A DNA stretch of 64,000 nucleotides from Octopus sinensis (GCF_006345805.1 NC_043009.1:22134001-22198000); one strand, 5' to 3'. Shown: positions 40,535-53,872, counted from the stretch's first letter. Notes: a model not told the origin generated them from the letters alone. Made by a program: numbers and translations.

Positions 40535-40538
<4 letters not shown>
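39965..40538 (+). mobile_element. Penelope-like element 3' remnant
   Basis: Decayed GIY-YIG-like end (RES*IASKLY..DGLILN, about 40024-40078), then HHR motif, then (TA)n. Confidence 0.55.
40260..40311 (+). ncRNA. Minimal hammerhead motif, C3-G8 core with U4C
   Basis: gtct CCGATGA a gggatat aattaataa atatcct a GAAA cagctg TA aggc. Confidence 0.6.
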
Positions 40539-40578
<40 letters not shown>

Positions 40579-40580
<2 letters not shown>

Positions 40581-41158
40581 AGAATCACTCTACATAAGGA
40601 GCAAATCCGTTTCCCGCAATAGACAAATTCCTCTTAGTGAACACATAGAAAAATGTGCAGGTAACATCAAACCAAATTTCACTGTCTTCCCTTTCTACCA
40701 GTGCAAAGACGCAATCTCTCAATTAGAATGCTTAAATAAAGAAGCTTTTTTCATTGAAAAATACAAAACACATCTTAATATGCACGCATAACCAACTTTT
40801 ATATTTTCATATATTCCATTCACGATTACATCACTGTACGTAAATTCCCTACTAAACAAGGTTTTTTTAAAAACCTGTCTCTTTTCTGTACACATATTTA
40901 ATCCCCACCCATTACCGAACCTGAACAGTTATCTCCCTTACACAACAATAACAATAATAACAACCAATTACCTCCCTTTATTTGTCTACTTGTGAAGTCA
41001 TTCATTCCTGAATTTCATCACACACAACATGGACCAAATTTCTTAAGAAAAAATATATATTCAAATAAATTAAACATAATATCATGAATAGCGATAGCGA
41101 AACCGGTCGATATATTAAAACCATGTAAGTGTGCATATTTTCCTTTTTAATTTCTTAT
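40579..41158 (+). mobile_element. Penelope-like element 3' remnant (GIY-YIG C-terminus + 3' region)
   Basis: RQIPLSEHIEKCAGNIKPNFTVFPFYQC...LNKEAFFIEKYKTHLN (H...E..FI..Y...LN pattern of PLE GIY-YIG ends). (TA)n on both sides. Confidence 0.75.
41079..41113 (+). ncRNA. Minimal type I hammerhead, A3-U8 core
   Basis: atatc ATGAATA gc gata gc GAAA ccgg TC gatat. Confidence 0.7.
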
Positions 41159-41252
41159 ATATATATATATATACACATATATACATATATATGTATATAT
41201 ATATATACATATATATATACATATATATATACATATATACATATATATATAC

Positions 41253-41305
<53 letters not shown>

Positions 41306-42491
41306 TGCAGTCAAAATGGCTGAAACAAGTAAAAGAGTCAAAGTAAAAGAATGTGCAAACATGGTTGTATGGTAAGGAGCTTGCTCCCCAACCACATGGT
41401 TCTGGGTTCCATCCCACTGCCATGGGCTGATCAAAGACTTGTGAGTGGACTTGGTAGATGGAAACTGAAAGAAGCCTGTCATACATATGTTTGTGTGTGT
41501 GTTTGTCCCCCATCATCACTTGACAACTGGTGTTGGTGTGATTACATCCCTGTAGCTTAGCAGTTTGGCAAAAAAAAAAAACAAAAAAAAACAAACAAAA
41601 GATGGAAGATGTACCAGGTTTAAAAAAGGAAGCAATAAGTACTAGAGCCAATTCATTTGACTAAAAATGATTCAAGGCATTACCCCAGCATGACCTCAGT
41701 CTAATGACTGAAAGAAATATAAAAACAATACATGCACACACACATTTCATATATTCTGAGTAATACAAAGCTTTCCTGTCATAAGTCCCAAGTTTCTCTG
41801 GTGGTTGAAAAAAAATTTGAGATGTTTGTCCCAGAACTGGGCAAGATGGTGTGAGGGTGGTTACTTTGGCATTGAGGTAGATCTGGCCACCCCCATTAAC
41901 AGGACAAAATCCGAATTTAAAACACTTGATGATGATGATGTCTGCTTTTCTCTTTTAGATGAGGCCTCTTCTACACAGCGTCCTAAAGCAACAACACTTG
42001 CATTTCTTTGTCATCTTTATGGGGTTTGTCATCTTGTGATTAGCTTGCACTGCATCTGTTTATATTTACTTCGGTTCCTCCTCTTCCACTGTTTCCTTCA
42101 TGTGTCTCCTGAAATTCATTTACCAGCATTCATACACATCACATGACTGTATTGTCAATGCAGTTGTCTTTGTGGTGTATGCAATGTCTATTTGGGTGTT
42201 GAGTGAAAATCTGCTCATCTCCTTGGTAGCAGAAGGTAAGGTAACCATGACAGAAGATGATGACGAATAAAAACAGATGGAAAGATGTGATGTAACATGT
42301 GCAATAATACATCAGGATCTCAGACATCACACATGAGATGACACAGAGTTGATGAGATGAGAAGTGACATCCAACCCATTTCAGCATTGTGTGTGTGTGT
42401 GTGTCTGTATGCATGTATATTCATATGTACTTGCCTACACACATATACATGCATACACACAAACATTTATATATATATATATATATATATA

Positions 42492-45400
42492 CATTGGGTC
42501 ATTCCATAAATAATGTGTTGTTTTATACTTTTTATTTTTCAAAATTAAGATAAACAAAGTTCTTTTTTATCATCATCATCATCATCATCATCATCGTTTA
42601 GCGTCCATTTTCCATGCTAGCATGGGTTGGACGGTTCTACTGGGGTCTGTGAAGCCAGAAGGCTTCATCAGGCCCAGTCAAATCTGGCAGTGTTTCTACG
42701 GCTGGATGCCCTTCCTAACGCCAACCACTCTGTGAGTGTAGTGGGTGCTTTTTACGTGCCACCCGCACTGGTGCCAGACAGAGCTGGCAAACGGCCACGA
42801 ACGGATGGTGCTTTTTATGTGCCACCGGCACGAGGATCAGGCGAGGCTGGCAACGGACACGAAACGGGGTGGTGCTGGCAACGGTCGCGAAACGGAAGGT
42901 TCTCTTACATGCCACCGGCACTGGTAACACATCTGCAATTTCCATTGATCAATTTCGATTCTGATCCTCACTTGCCTCAACGGGTCTTCACAAGTAGAGT
43001 TTCGACATGCCACCGGCACTGGTAACACATCCGCAATTTTGCATTGATCGATTTCGATTCTGATCCTCACTTGCTTCAACACGTCTTCACAAGTAGAGTT
43101 TTGTGTCCCAAGAAGGGAAGGTATGCATACGTAGGCTGGCTCCATCCCATGTAGAAGGCCACGGGTTATGGACTCACTTGTCCTGCCGGGTCTTCTCGCG
43201 CACAGCACACTTCCAGAGGTCTCGGTCTCTAGTCATTTCCTCAGTGAGACCTAAAGTTCGAAGGTCGTGCTTCACCACCTCGTCCCAGGTTTCCTGGGTC
43301 TACCTCTTCCACAGGTTCCCTCAACCGCTAGGGTGTGGCACTTTTTCACACACAACTATCTTCATCCATTCTCGCCACATGACCATACCAGCGCAAACGT
43401 CTCTCTTGCACACCACAACTGATGCTTCTTAGGTCCAGCTTTTCTCTCAGGTACTTACACTCTGCCGAGTGTGAGTACCGACATTACACATCCATCGGAG
43501 CATACTGGCTTCATTTCTTGCGAGCTTACGCATATCCTCAGCAGTCACGGCCCATGTTTCACTGCCATGTAGCATGGCTGTTCGTACACACGCATCATAC
43601 AGTCTGCCTTTCACTCTGTGCGAGAGGCCTTTTGTCACCAGCAAGGTAAGAGCTCTCTGAACTTTGCCCAAGCTATTCTTACTCTAGCAGTTACACTTTC
43701 AGCACACCCACCCCCCCTGCTGACTTGGTCACCTAGGTAACGGAAACTATCAACTATTTCTAGTTTTTCTCCCTGGAAAGTGACGGAAGTTGGTCTCAGA
43801 GCATTTTCAGTGTTTATTGTTCCTGAGCATCTGCCACATACAAAAACCATCTTCCTAGTTAGCCTTCCTTTGACATTGCTGCATCTCTTATGTGTCCATA
43901 GCTTACACTTGGTGCATCTTATAGAGTTTTCTACCTACACCTTTTCTACAGATCGAGCAGGGCCATCTACCTGAAGGCGTTTGTGATTTGTCTACCTTCC
44001 TACTGATTACGACTTTGGTTTTAGCTAGATTGACTCTGAGGCCCTTCGATTCTAATCCTTGTTTCCACACCTGAAACTTCTCCTCCAGTTCTGATAGCGA
44101 CTCAGCAATTAGAGCAAGGTCATCAGCATAGAGGAGCTCCCAAGGGCATCCTGTCTTGAATTCCTCCGTTATTGCCTGGAGGACTATGATAAATAGGAGG
44201 GGGCTGAGTACTGAGCCTTGGTGGACCCCAACCTCTACTTGGAATTCTTCACTGTACTCATTTCCAACCCTCACGCTACTAGCAGCGTCCCTATACATGG
44301 CCCGCACAGCTCTCACTAACCATTCATCTATCCCTAGTTTCCTCATTGCCCACCAGATAAGGGATCGGGGGACCCTGTCGAAGGCTTTCTCCATGTCAAC
44401 AAAAGCCAGGTACAGGGGCTTATCTTTGGCTAGGTATTTCTCCTGCAGCTGCCTTACCAGGAATATAGCATCAGTAGTACTTTTCCCTGGCACAAACCCA
44501 AACTGCATCTCATCTAAACTAACTCTCTCTCTAATTAGTTGGGCTATGACCCTCTCCGTAACCTTCATCACCTGATCCAATAGCTTGATACCTCTGTAGT
44601 TATTTGTATCTAGGGCATCACCTTTACCTTTGTAGCAGTTGACTATTATACTGCTACACCAGTCATTGGGTATGACTCCTTTGTGTATCACCTGATTAAC
44701 TATACGGGTGACTAGGCTATAGCCGACACTATCAGACATTTTGAGCATCTCTGCAGTGATTCCTGATGGGCCTGGGGCTTTTCCTGTCTTCATGCTTCTA
44801 ATTGCCTTAGCTACCATGGAACTATCAACTCGGATAGCTGGTCCCTCTGTTGGGTCAACATTCGGCAGACTCTCTTTATCCCATTCATTTTCTTCATTCA
44901 GCAACCTTTCATAGTGGCATCTCCAAACCTCTCTCTTTGCATCCTCATTTAGCGCAAGTGAACCATCTTCCATGCGAACACACTTCTCTCCTACCACATC
45001 ACAATTCTCTCTCACACACTGTCTTGCAACGCGAAACACCTCCAGTCTTTGGTCCTCACGGCGCAGAACATTGGCAAATTTTTTCTTATCTGCTTCCCCT
45101 CTGGCTAAATAAACCTGTCTCCTAGCTTCTCTTTTGGCAGTCTGATACAATTCCCTGCTACCCCCATTTTTCTAGACCTTCCAAGCCTGTCTCTTTTCTC
45201 GAATAGCCCTGTCTACAATATTGTTCCACCACTACGTTATTCTAGGTCGAGAGGGGACTTTGCACCAGCCACAGATCTGGTCAGTGGCTCTCAGCAGGTT
45301 GTCCCTTAGAAACGTCCAGCTGTCTTCTACCCCCTGTGATGCTCTATCCCCTTCTACTTCGTCAGAGGCTTCAAGTAATATTTAATCTAAATATATTCTC

Positions 45401-45937
45401 CTTCATTTTCTACAATGCTCTTCCATCTATTTGTTAGACTTGCAAGGCCCCTCTTTCAAAATGCATTTGTCTGTGACAAAAATACTCCTCCAGTATTGTT
45501 CTGACCTTGTCTACAGAATTCATAATTTTTGAAGACTGCAGAATATATGATAATCAGATGGAGCAATGTTCGGCGAATATGGTGGGTGGAACATCATTTC
45601 CCATTCAAACTGCTCCAGCCTTTGGAATGTCATCCTCAATGTTTGTGGCTAAACCTTTTGTCTTGAAACCAAAGATGGTGGGTTTTTTTCTAGTGGTGAC
45701 TTAAGCTGCTCAAGATGCTCACAGTAGATCTCCTTTGCTATCATTTGGTTTGGCTTTTAAAAGTTCAAAGTGGACTAAACCTTTCATCAAACCATGCTCT
45801 TCAAAACTTGCACTAAGTATACAAGGTAAAATTACTACTTGTTTTTATAGTAAGCTGATGCTGGTAGTTTATCCCGCCCCCTCCTACTTTCAGTTCATAC
45901 AGTTGAAAAACCGCATTATTTATGGGATGACCCAATA
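42492..45937 (-). mobile_element. Deleted mariner element split by an RTE insertion
   Basis: TIRs attgggtcattccataaataatg (42493) and cattatttatgggatgacccaat (45914-45936). Transposase C-terminus NRWKSIVENEGEYI on - strand at about 45390-45432. Confidence 0.85.
42570..45380 (-). mobile_element. RTE LINE, 5'-truncated, with RT, C-terminus, modular 3' UTR and (GAT)n tail
   Basis: ORF 43903-45150 (415 aa; YRGIKLL, QFGFVPG, HQGSVLSPLLF, LLYADD). Frameshifted continuation 43635-43850 and 43447-43671. Confidence 0.95.
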
Positions 45938-45949
45938 TATATATATATA

Positions 45950-47326
45950 TATATACAAATTGAGATAGGGGTTGTAAATGCAACTCTCCATGGGATAACA
46001 TATATCCAATATACTGCTAGTGAAGTACCCAACAAACTTAATACATAAATGTTAAGAATTGCGATGCAATTAATTCATTTACTGTATTATATGGGTAAAG
46101 GTAAAATGTTTTACCACAAATTCATAATACAAAATAAGAAAATGGAGAAATACATCCAAATCAAATATCAATTACCAGATAATACCCAATCACATACTTT
46201 ATTAAACCACCACATAAGAAAATAAGTACAATATGTATAAGAGAATATAAATATAAGTAAATATAAATATAAATATAGACTACATCTTACAGCTGTTTCA
46301 GCCATGCAGATAAGTATGTCTCATTTTACTTATATTAGCCATTTGTGGTAGGTCAATACGTAGTTATAAATGAGACATTTACAAAAATATCCTAAGGCCT
46401 CTTCGGAGAATATGTGATACAAATCAGATTACATACACACTTATATAGGTGTGGGTACATACCCATAATAAAACATATGCATATACATATGAGTGCATAT
46501 ACTCATACTCCTATACACATAAATATACATATACATAATAATATAAATCAATAAACATACATATGTTCCACATTCAATGTTACAGTTTTCCAACTTAATA
46601 TTGTGATAATTACAATGTAGAAAAACATACACATATTAATACCCAAATGCAGACATACAGAGTCAAGAGTACATTATATTAATTCTTATTAATTTCCAAA
46701 ATGTCATTAATGTTAGCATCGTTATCATTGTCATTACCACTAATGCTACCAATATCATCATTCATATTATTATTAATAACACTAATACTAGAAAAACAAT
46801 ATATAGATTCCATTATTAGCAATATAGTCACAATAGTACTACAATACCATGCAAAACGTTAAATATCTGCATATACATACGAAATATGAAACAAAAGCAT
46901 TCTGTTTACACAACATTAAGATCCACAGGTGCACAGATGTATGTCCGAGTTGAAATTTATAATTTCCATTGTGACACAAATACACTATTACTTTCAGAAA
47001 TAGTTACGAATCTAGCGCTAAAATATGATTGGCTTGTGGATTTAAATTTAAATTACCATTGTCTTCTTTACGGTTGGTTTGTTGAGAGCGTTACATTTCC
47101 ACTAAACCAGCTTAGGCATGGGAGACCTATACCAACAATTATACACACACATACACACGCACATCCGCACATATCTATAAACATTTATATTTATATTTAC
47201 TTATATTTATATTCTCTTATACATATTGTACTTATTTTCTTATGTGGTGGTTTAATAAAGTATGTGATTGGGTATTATCTGGTAATTGATATTTGATTTG
47301 GATGTATTTCTCCATTTTCTTATTGT
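45950..47326 (-). mobile_element. Non-coding Penelope-like element with 142-bp inverted duplication
   Basis: 46133-46274 is the reverse complement of 47183-47324. HHR motif inside; (TA)n on both sides. Confidence 0.65.
46282..46415 (-). ncRNA. Hammerhead motif with U4C core and long stem II insert
   Basis: On - strand: atattct CCGAAGA ggcc ...(about 90 nt incl. hairpin atgtctcattt/aaatgagacat)... ggct GAAA cagctg TA agatgt. Confidence 0.55.
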
Positions 47327-47374
47327 GTGTATATATATATATATATATATACATACACATACACATTTTTACTA

Positions 47375-47538
47375 ATTTCACTCATTAGACTGTGGCCATG
47401 CTAGAGCATTGCCTTGAAGGGTTTAGTCGAACAAATCAACCCTGGTACTTATTCTATCAGCCTCTTTTGCTACACCACTCAGTTAGAGAGCTGTAAACCA
47501 ACCAACATCAGTTGTCAAGCAGTGGTAGTGGACAAAAA

Positions 47539-47570
<32 letters not shown>

Positions 47571-47730
47571 GATGGGCTTCTTTCAGTTTCTGTCTACCAA
47601 ATCCATTCACAAGGTTTTGGTTGGCCCGAGGCTAGAGTAGAAGACACTTGCCCAAGGTGCCATGCAGTGGGACTGGAGCTGAAGCCATGTGGTTTGGAAG
47701 CAAACTTTTTACCACACAGCTATGCTTGCA
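47375..47730 (-). mobile_element. SINE family A
   Basis: Matches other copies. Confidence 0.8.
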
Positions 47731-48439
47731 TCCATCCATCCATAGCTACAATCATCTGTCTTTATGTTCTGAGTTCAAATTCCCCTGAGGTTGACTTTGC
47801 CTTTCATCCTTTCGAGGTCGATAAATTAAGTATCAGTTGTGTACTGGGGTCGATCTAGTCAACTGGCCCCTCCCCAAAAATGTCAGGCCTTCTGCCTAGA
47901 ATAGAAAAGGATATAGATATACATAGATATACATACCCACAGAAATGGAAAAACATGGACACAAAAATTACGACATTGATAATCATAATCATGACCATTG
48001 CACTCTTTTTTATTTCTTTTTTGGTTTTCCTACCATTTTTCAATGATTTAGTCAGTCATTGGAAGAACGGTAGTTCCAAGGACAGTTAGGGTTCAAATCC
48101 CATGGGCAAGTTTTGACATTTTTCCATCCAAGGTGGCTTTTATTTTAAAACTCAGTATTTACTCACTATTATTTATAGTTCTATCTATTTCAAGTTCCAC
48201 TGCTGAAAACGATTTATTATCTGTTGAATTTTCTAAACTTTTATGATGTAAATAATTAAATAAGAATGGAATTACACCAGACCATTAAACCCCATCTTAA
48301 GTGATGGGAAATATTTACAATGTTTACGTCTATGTGGAATCTCAATCTGTTTGGTCTCCATCTGTCATCGGGTGTCCTATTCCTAGATGTGTGCTTGCCA
48401 TAATACAACTACTATGACTGCTGCTACTACAGGCGTATC

Positions 48440-50143
48440 GATTGAGGACCCTTATCAACAGAGTCAGTTATTTCCCGAGGCCTTTTCAACTATTTTCAAA
48501 CAAGTTGATGGTCGTGAACCCCCTCCATTTGATAGATTGGTACCTCCAATGCTTAGATTGGTCATCACTCAGGACGAAGTCGAACGCGTTATTCAAGGCC
48601 TCGATGTCAAGAAGGGTCACGGCCCTGACGGCATACACCCACGGGTTATCAAAGCGTTGGCTCCGGTCATCTGCAAGCCTTTAACACATCTATTCAATAT
48701 GTCATGGGCGACGGGTGTTATACCTGCAGACTGGAGAACAGCGATAATCTGCCCAATTTTCAAGAAAGGGAGCTGTGAAGACCCGCTTAACTACCGACCG
48801 GTTTCCCATGCTTCAATAATCAGCAAGATGTTCGAAACCATCCTTAAGAAAAGTATGATGCGCCACCTCCAAAACACAGCCTCTATTTCTAATTCCCAAC
48901 ACGGCTTCGTGCCGAAGAGATCATGCTTGACCAACTTACTGGTAATGGAGGAATTGGTGACGCGTATCCTGGATGATGGTGATGCTGTTGACATCGTTTT
49001 ATTGGACTTTGCCAAAGCTTTTGACTTGGTAAACCACCGCCTATTACTTGTCAAGCTTCAAGCATTTGTTTGTTTTCATCCAGATATTGTACGATGGGTT
49101 GGTGCCTTCCTCTCAGATCGCTCCTTCCAAATCCAAGTTAATGGTTCGCTGTCCAATGTCTCCAGTGCGAGCAGTGGCGTGCCTCAAGGTTCAGTGCTTG
49201 GGCCCTTATTGTTTTTAGTCTTCATAAATGACTTGCCCGACGACCTCACGCAACACACCCTTCTATTTGCCGATGATGTCAAACTGGTCGCTCCTCGCAG
49301 TGATATAGAGGATCTTCGTCGATGCCTCCACCAAATTTGGAGATGGTCTAATGAATGGGACCTGTGTCTGAACTTGTCAAAGTGCTGTCATCTGCCTGTT
49401 GGCTCTTCTCCTGCAACTCAACTTGATTTCGAGCCGGGTCGTCTGCTTCTGGAGAGGACCGACCAGGTAAAGGAACTGGGTACCTTGGTGGATTCTTCCT
49501 TTTTGCCTTCGGCCCATGTGCGTCCATGCTGCCAACAAAGCATGCGGAGTTCTGTTTTTGATTCGATGGTCATTCGGAATGCTCACAGCAGCCATATTCC
49601 TACCGCTCTATGTCACGCTGGTGAGACCCATATTGGAGTACGGGATTCATGCCTCTTCTCCTTATCTCCTCAAAGACATACAGCATCTCGAAAGAGTCCA
49701 GAAGCTGGCTACCCGCATGGTTCTTGGTCTCAAGCATTTGTCTTATAAAGAAAGGCTGAAGACGCTCGACCTTTATTCTCTAGAAAAAACGCTGCCGCGG
49801 TGGTGATCTCCTTCTTGCTCACATCATAAGCGGAAAGTGTAACCTCTCGAAAGAGCTGTTCTTCACTCCTGCTCCAGAGCGTCGGCTGCGGGGTCACTCT
49901 GAAAAGCTCTATCTGCAACAATTTCATCTCAATCGAAGGAGAGGGGCTTTCTCCGTCCGGGTTGCAGTTCCGTGGAATAAGCTGCCCGACGAGATAGTGA
50001 AGATGCCGACGACCGCTCGGTTCAAAGTCTCCCTTGAGCACAAGTGGCCTGATCTCTTTACATGAACACCACCCTGTACATAACTCCATGTCCCCTTATA
50101 TGGCCTTGCTTTTCGCTTTTTGAGCCAAAAAATTAACTAACTA
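48440..50143 (+). mobile_element. CR1-group LINE, 5'-truncated, frameshifted
   Basis: ORF 48387-49748 (GPDGIHPRV, NYRPVS, QHGFVPKRSCLTNL, DFAKAFD, GVPQGSVLGPLLF, LFADD). Continuation LYVTLVRPILEY...LERVQKLATRMV. Tail aattaactaacta. Confidence 0.93.
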
Positions 50144-50556
50144 CTACTAGCACCACCACTACCATCACCCCTTCTACTACTACTACCACTACCTCTACTA
50201 CTACTGCCACCATCATTACTATTGCTGCTACTACTACTACTACCAGCACCACCACCTCTACTACTATTGCCACCATCATTATTACTGTTGCTGCTACTAC
50301 TACTAATGCTGCTGTCACCACCACCACTACCCCCACTACTACAACTACTCCTGTCACCATCATTACTGCTGCTACTACTTGTGCTACTGCCACTGTCACC
50401 ATCACTACTACTACCACCACCACCACGAGTACTACTGCTACGACTCCTACCATAATTATTACTGCTGCTGCTACTACTACTACTACTGCTACTACTACTA
50501 CTATACTGCTGCTGTTACCACCACCGCTACTACTTCTACCACCACTACCACCATTG
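50144..50556. repeat. Degenerate (ACT/ACC/GCT)n trinucleotide tract
   Basis: Direct reading; abuts the CR1 tail. Confidence 0.9.
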
Positions 50557-51463
50557 CTCTCAGAGTCAAAGGTGACTAGGTAGCATGTACCATGCTTTTG
50601 ATAATTGTTTTACATGCCTTTGTAGTCACAAAAGCAAACACAAACATCCCTCCCCAACTGCGATCCAGTGCAATGTCCATCCCACCCTCGGTCTGGCGGA
50701 ACATCTCTCCCACCCTCGATTCAGTGGATGTGACTGCAAGAGGGAGAGAAAGAGGGAGAGGGCTACACCGATACTCAGCTGGTGCTTAACGTAATAGCAG
50801 ACTAAACATGAGTCGAGAGCTCAGAACCTGTAATATTAAACTAAGGGCAATATGGTTATTATCCCCTACGCTGCTGGAGCATGAAAATGTCCTTCTTTTC
50901 TTTTTTTTTTTTTTAGAATTTTGTAAGAAATTTGATTAGATTGAGATGAAAAAAATTTTTTTTTTTACTGTTTTACTATATTACCAGTTTGTTTCTTGGT
51001 GGTGGTAGTGGTGGTGGGTGTTTCTATTTTATGTAGCATGGGTGGTAGACTTATTTTTCTTCTCACAGTTGCATTTACTTCTCAAGCATGAAGTAGGAGT
51101 GGAAGACGATGTTTAAATGTTAAGTAAACTGATGTAAGACAAAGTCTTGTTTATAGCTAGTCTGGGGGGTGAAGTGGGGATGGTGAGAAGATGTCGTTGT
51201 TGTCGTTATTCAACGTCCTCGTTTCTGTGCTGCTTGCATGGGTTGGACGGAGTTTATTCGAGACAGATTTTCTGTGGTTGGATGCCTTTCCTGTCACAAA
51301 CCCTCACCTTTTTTCAAGCAAGGTAAATATTTCCCCATGGCCAGACATGTTCTCACAGCATATTGGAAATGAACAACACCGCTTGTATGACAGTGACACT
51401 CATTTACAACTATCATTATGTAATGTTAAAACGAGGAGACACAGACTTGCATATACACATAGA

Positions 51464-52033
51464 TATTGGGTTGTTCGGAAAGTTTGTGCCAATTTTTAAA
51501 GGAAAGAAAAATGTCAATAAATACTTGCCATTACATTTTTAATCAACTAAATATGAATCATTTTGTTGCACAATGTGTCTCCATCTTTCCTTTAACTTGA
51601 AAATACCCTCTTCCCAGAATTGAGGTGGTGTCATGGAAAAGAATTCATCAAGGTAACTTTTTATGTCATCCAAGGAATTGAAATTTTTACCATTAAGACT
51701 ATTCTGCAGAGACCTGAATAAGTGGAAATCCGAAGGAGCAATATCTGGTGAATATGGAGGGTGGGGTAACACATCCTAGCTGAGCTGCAGCAATTTTTGT
51801 CTGGTTCCCTAAGCATCAAGTGCCGCAAATGAACTTTCTTATCTTCCATTTTAAAGGGTTACAGAATTAACACGGGTTATAGGAACATAAATCTTCTTCC
51901 ACGAAAAGATAGCTTAAACTGTGCTCTAAATGGAGGTGTAGTCAAATCCTATTTTATGGACTCAACCATGTTCTAAAATAAGTTGAAAGGTAAGCTACTA
52001 TAAATCGGCATGAAATTTCCAGACAACCCAATA
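51464..52033 (-). mobile_element. Internally deleted mariner element
   Basis: ORF 51539-51772 (LPHPPYSPDIAPSDFHLFRSLQ...ERWRHIVQQNDSY). TIRs tattgggttgttcggaaagtt / aaatttccagacaacccaata with TA ends. Confidence 0.92.
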
Positions 52034-52874
52034 CATAAAAACATCCTTCGGTCACAAATGAGATTGCACCTAGAAAGTTCCCCTCCAAGGCACAAATCTG
52101 GGCAGGGTTATTTTGTGGAAGACCAGTAATGGCCCATGCATGCCACACCACTGATATTATCCAAGGGAAAGGCAAAGGCACCAGTGACGTTGCAACTTAT
52201 TTCTACAGTTCAGTGAACTGGAGCAATGTGAAATTGTCTTGCTCAAGAACATAACACAGTCCAGTCTGGGAATTGAACTCACAACCTCATGATTGTGAGC
52301 CCAGTGCTCTAACCACTGAGCCATGTGCCTTCACATATGTACATACATATTGTTATATTTGGGTATGATTATCTTTTGCTGATTAAACACACTATTTAAT
52401 CTTCACTTCAGATTTATTATTTTTATGTTTGCTTTGTCAGAGTTCTTTAAATCACACATATTCTGTGACCTCTTCAGCGACTTTCTGTTCCATATGTCTC
52501 CTCTTGTCATGTCTGTTTCCATACACACACACACACACACAATGGTGTTCTTTCAGTTTCCAAATGCCAAATCCACTCCGAAAGCTTTCTGGTTGGCCCA
52601 GAGCTATAGTGAATGACACTTTCCTAAGCTGTCACATCATGGGACTGAACCCAGAACCATGGGGTTGGGAAGCAAACCTCTTAACCACAGAGCCATGTCC
52701 GCACAATTTACAGTAAATTATAGCAAGATTTTAACTTTGTCTCGTTGGTCAATAACCTAGCACCATAATAACAAGACCATTTTATTTTACACATACATTT
52801 CTAGAAAATCTTCTTTAGCATGGCCACAGCCCAGAGGCTGAAACTTGCAGAATAGTATTATGTCTCTCTCTCTT

Positions 52875-52917
<43 letters not shown>

Positions 52918-52934
52918 TTCTCTTTCTCTCTCTC

Positions 52935-52965
<31 letters not shown>

Positions 52966-52979
52966 CTCTCTTTTTTTCT

Positions 52980-53016
<37 letters not shown>

Positions 53017-53491
53017 CCTCTCTGGTACACCTGATATTTTTTCAAAAAAAAAAAAAGAAAAGAATTGCAGGTGATGATGTGCTGGAGTGAAAATATTTTG
53101 CGACATTGGCAACAACCTAATGATAAACAAATACATTTTGAGACAGTCATGTTTAAGAAAACACAATTCCTAAGGCTTCAAGACATCTTGCTGTTAGATT
53201 AAACAGATGTTGTCACCATCACCGCCACTGCTACTTTTCTGAATGTTGCAGCATAAATCCATGTTGATGTGGTTAAACAGACGGATGTTAAAACAGTAAT
53301 GGTGTTGGTTATTGCTAGCCTTGTGTAGCTGCAACCTCCTTGTTTTCCCTTAGTGCATGCCAAGCAAATTATTTGAAGGGACTTTTTATGTAAAGAACAA
53401 AGCTAAAACCATCTGAGAAAAGTCTTATTACACCTCATACAATGTCTAGTTACTAACTGCCTAATTACATCTAATATCAAGTTTTTTTTCT

Positions 53492-53721
53492 TTAAACCTT
53501 TAGCATTCACATTATTCCATCAAATGTAATGCTTTATTTATTGACATTGTTTTGAATTAATCATGAATTATCTTTTTTTGTTGATATTTCGATGGTGAGC
53601 TTATTTATTTTTAGTATAACATTGTAGGGTAGGTGTAAGAGGCTGAATAATGGCTAACCTGTACATAAAACAGGTATAATATTTGGGCTGAATGTGGCTG
53701 GTTTAAATGGTAAAGGATTAA
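53492..53721. mobile_element. TTAA-type MITE
   Basis: ttaaacctttagcatt ... aatggtaaaggattaa; same family as 4881-5106. Confidence 0.65.
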
Positions 53722-53763
53722 TAAGAATTTCATAACTTCACAACTAATAAACTAATATTCCAT

Positions 53764-53834
53764 GGGCATAAGGTGTAGTGGTGAAAAGCGCAGGCTACTA
53801 ACCTCAAGATTCCGAGTTCGATTCCAAGCAGTGA

Positions 53835-53872
<38 letters not shown>

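Noticed and set aside
50133-50579. Val/Thr/His-rich ORFs (also 60495-61593)
   Set aside because: Translations of degenerate trinucleotide tracts with no splice or homology support.
50917-50922. Possible 6-nt microexon (tttag|AATTTT|gtaaga)
   Set aside because: Only splice-like dinucleotides after a poly-T run; no homology support.
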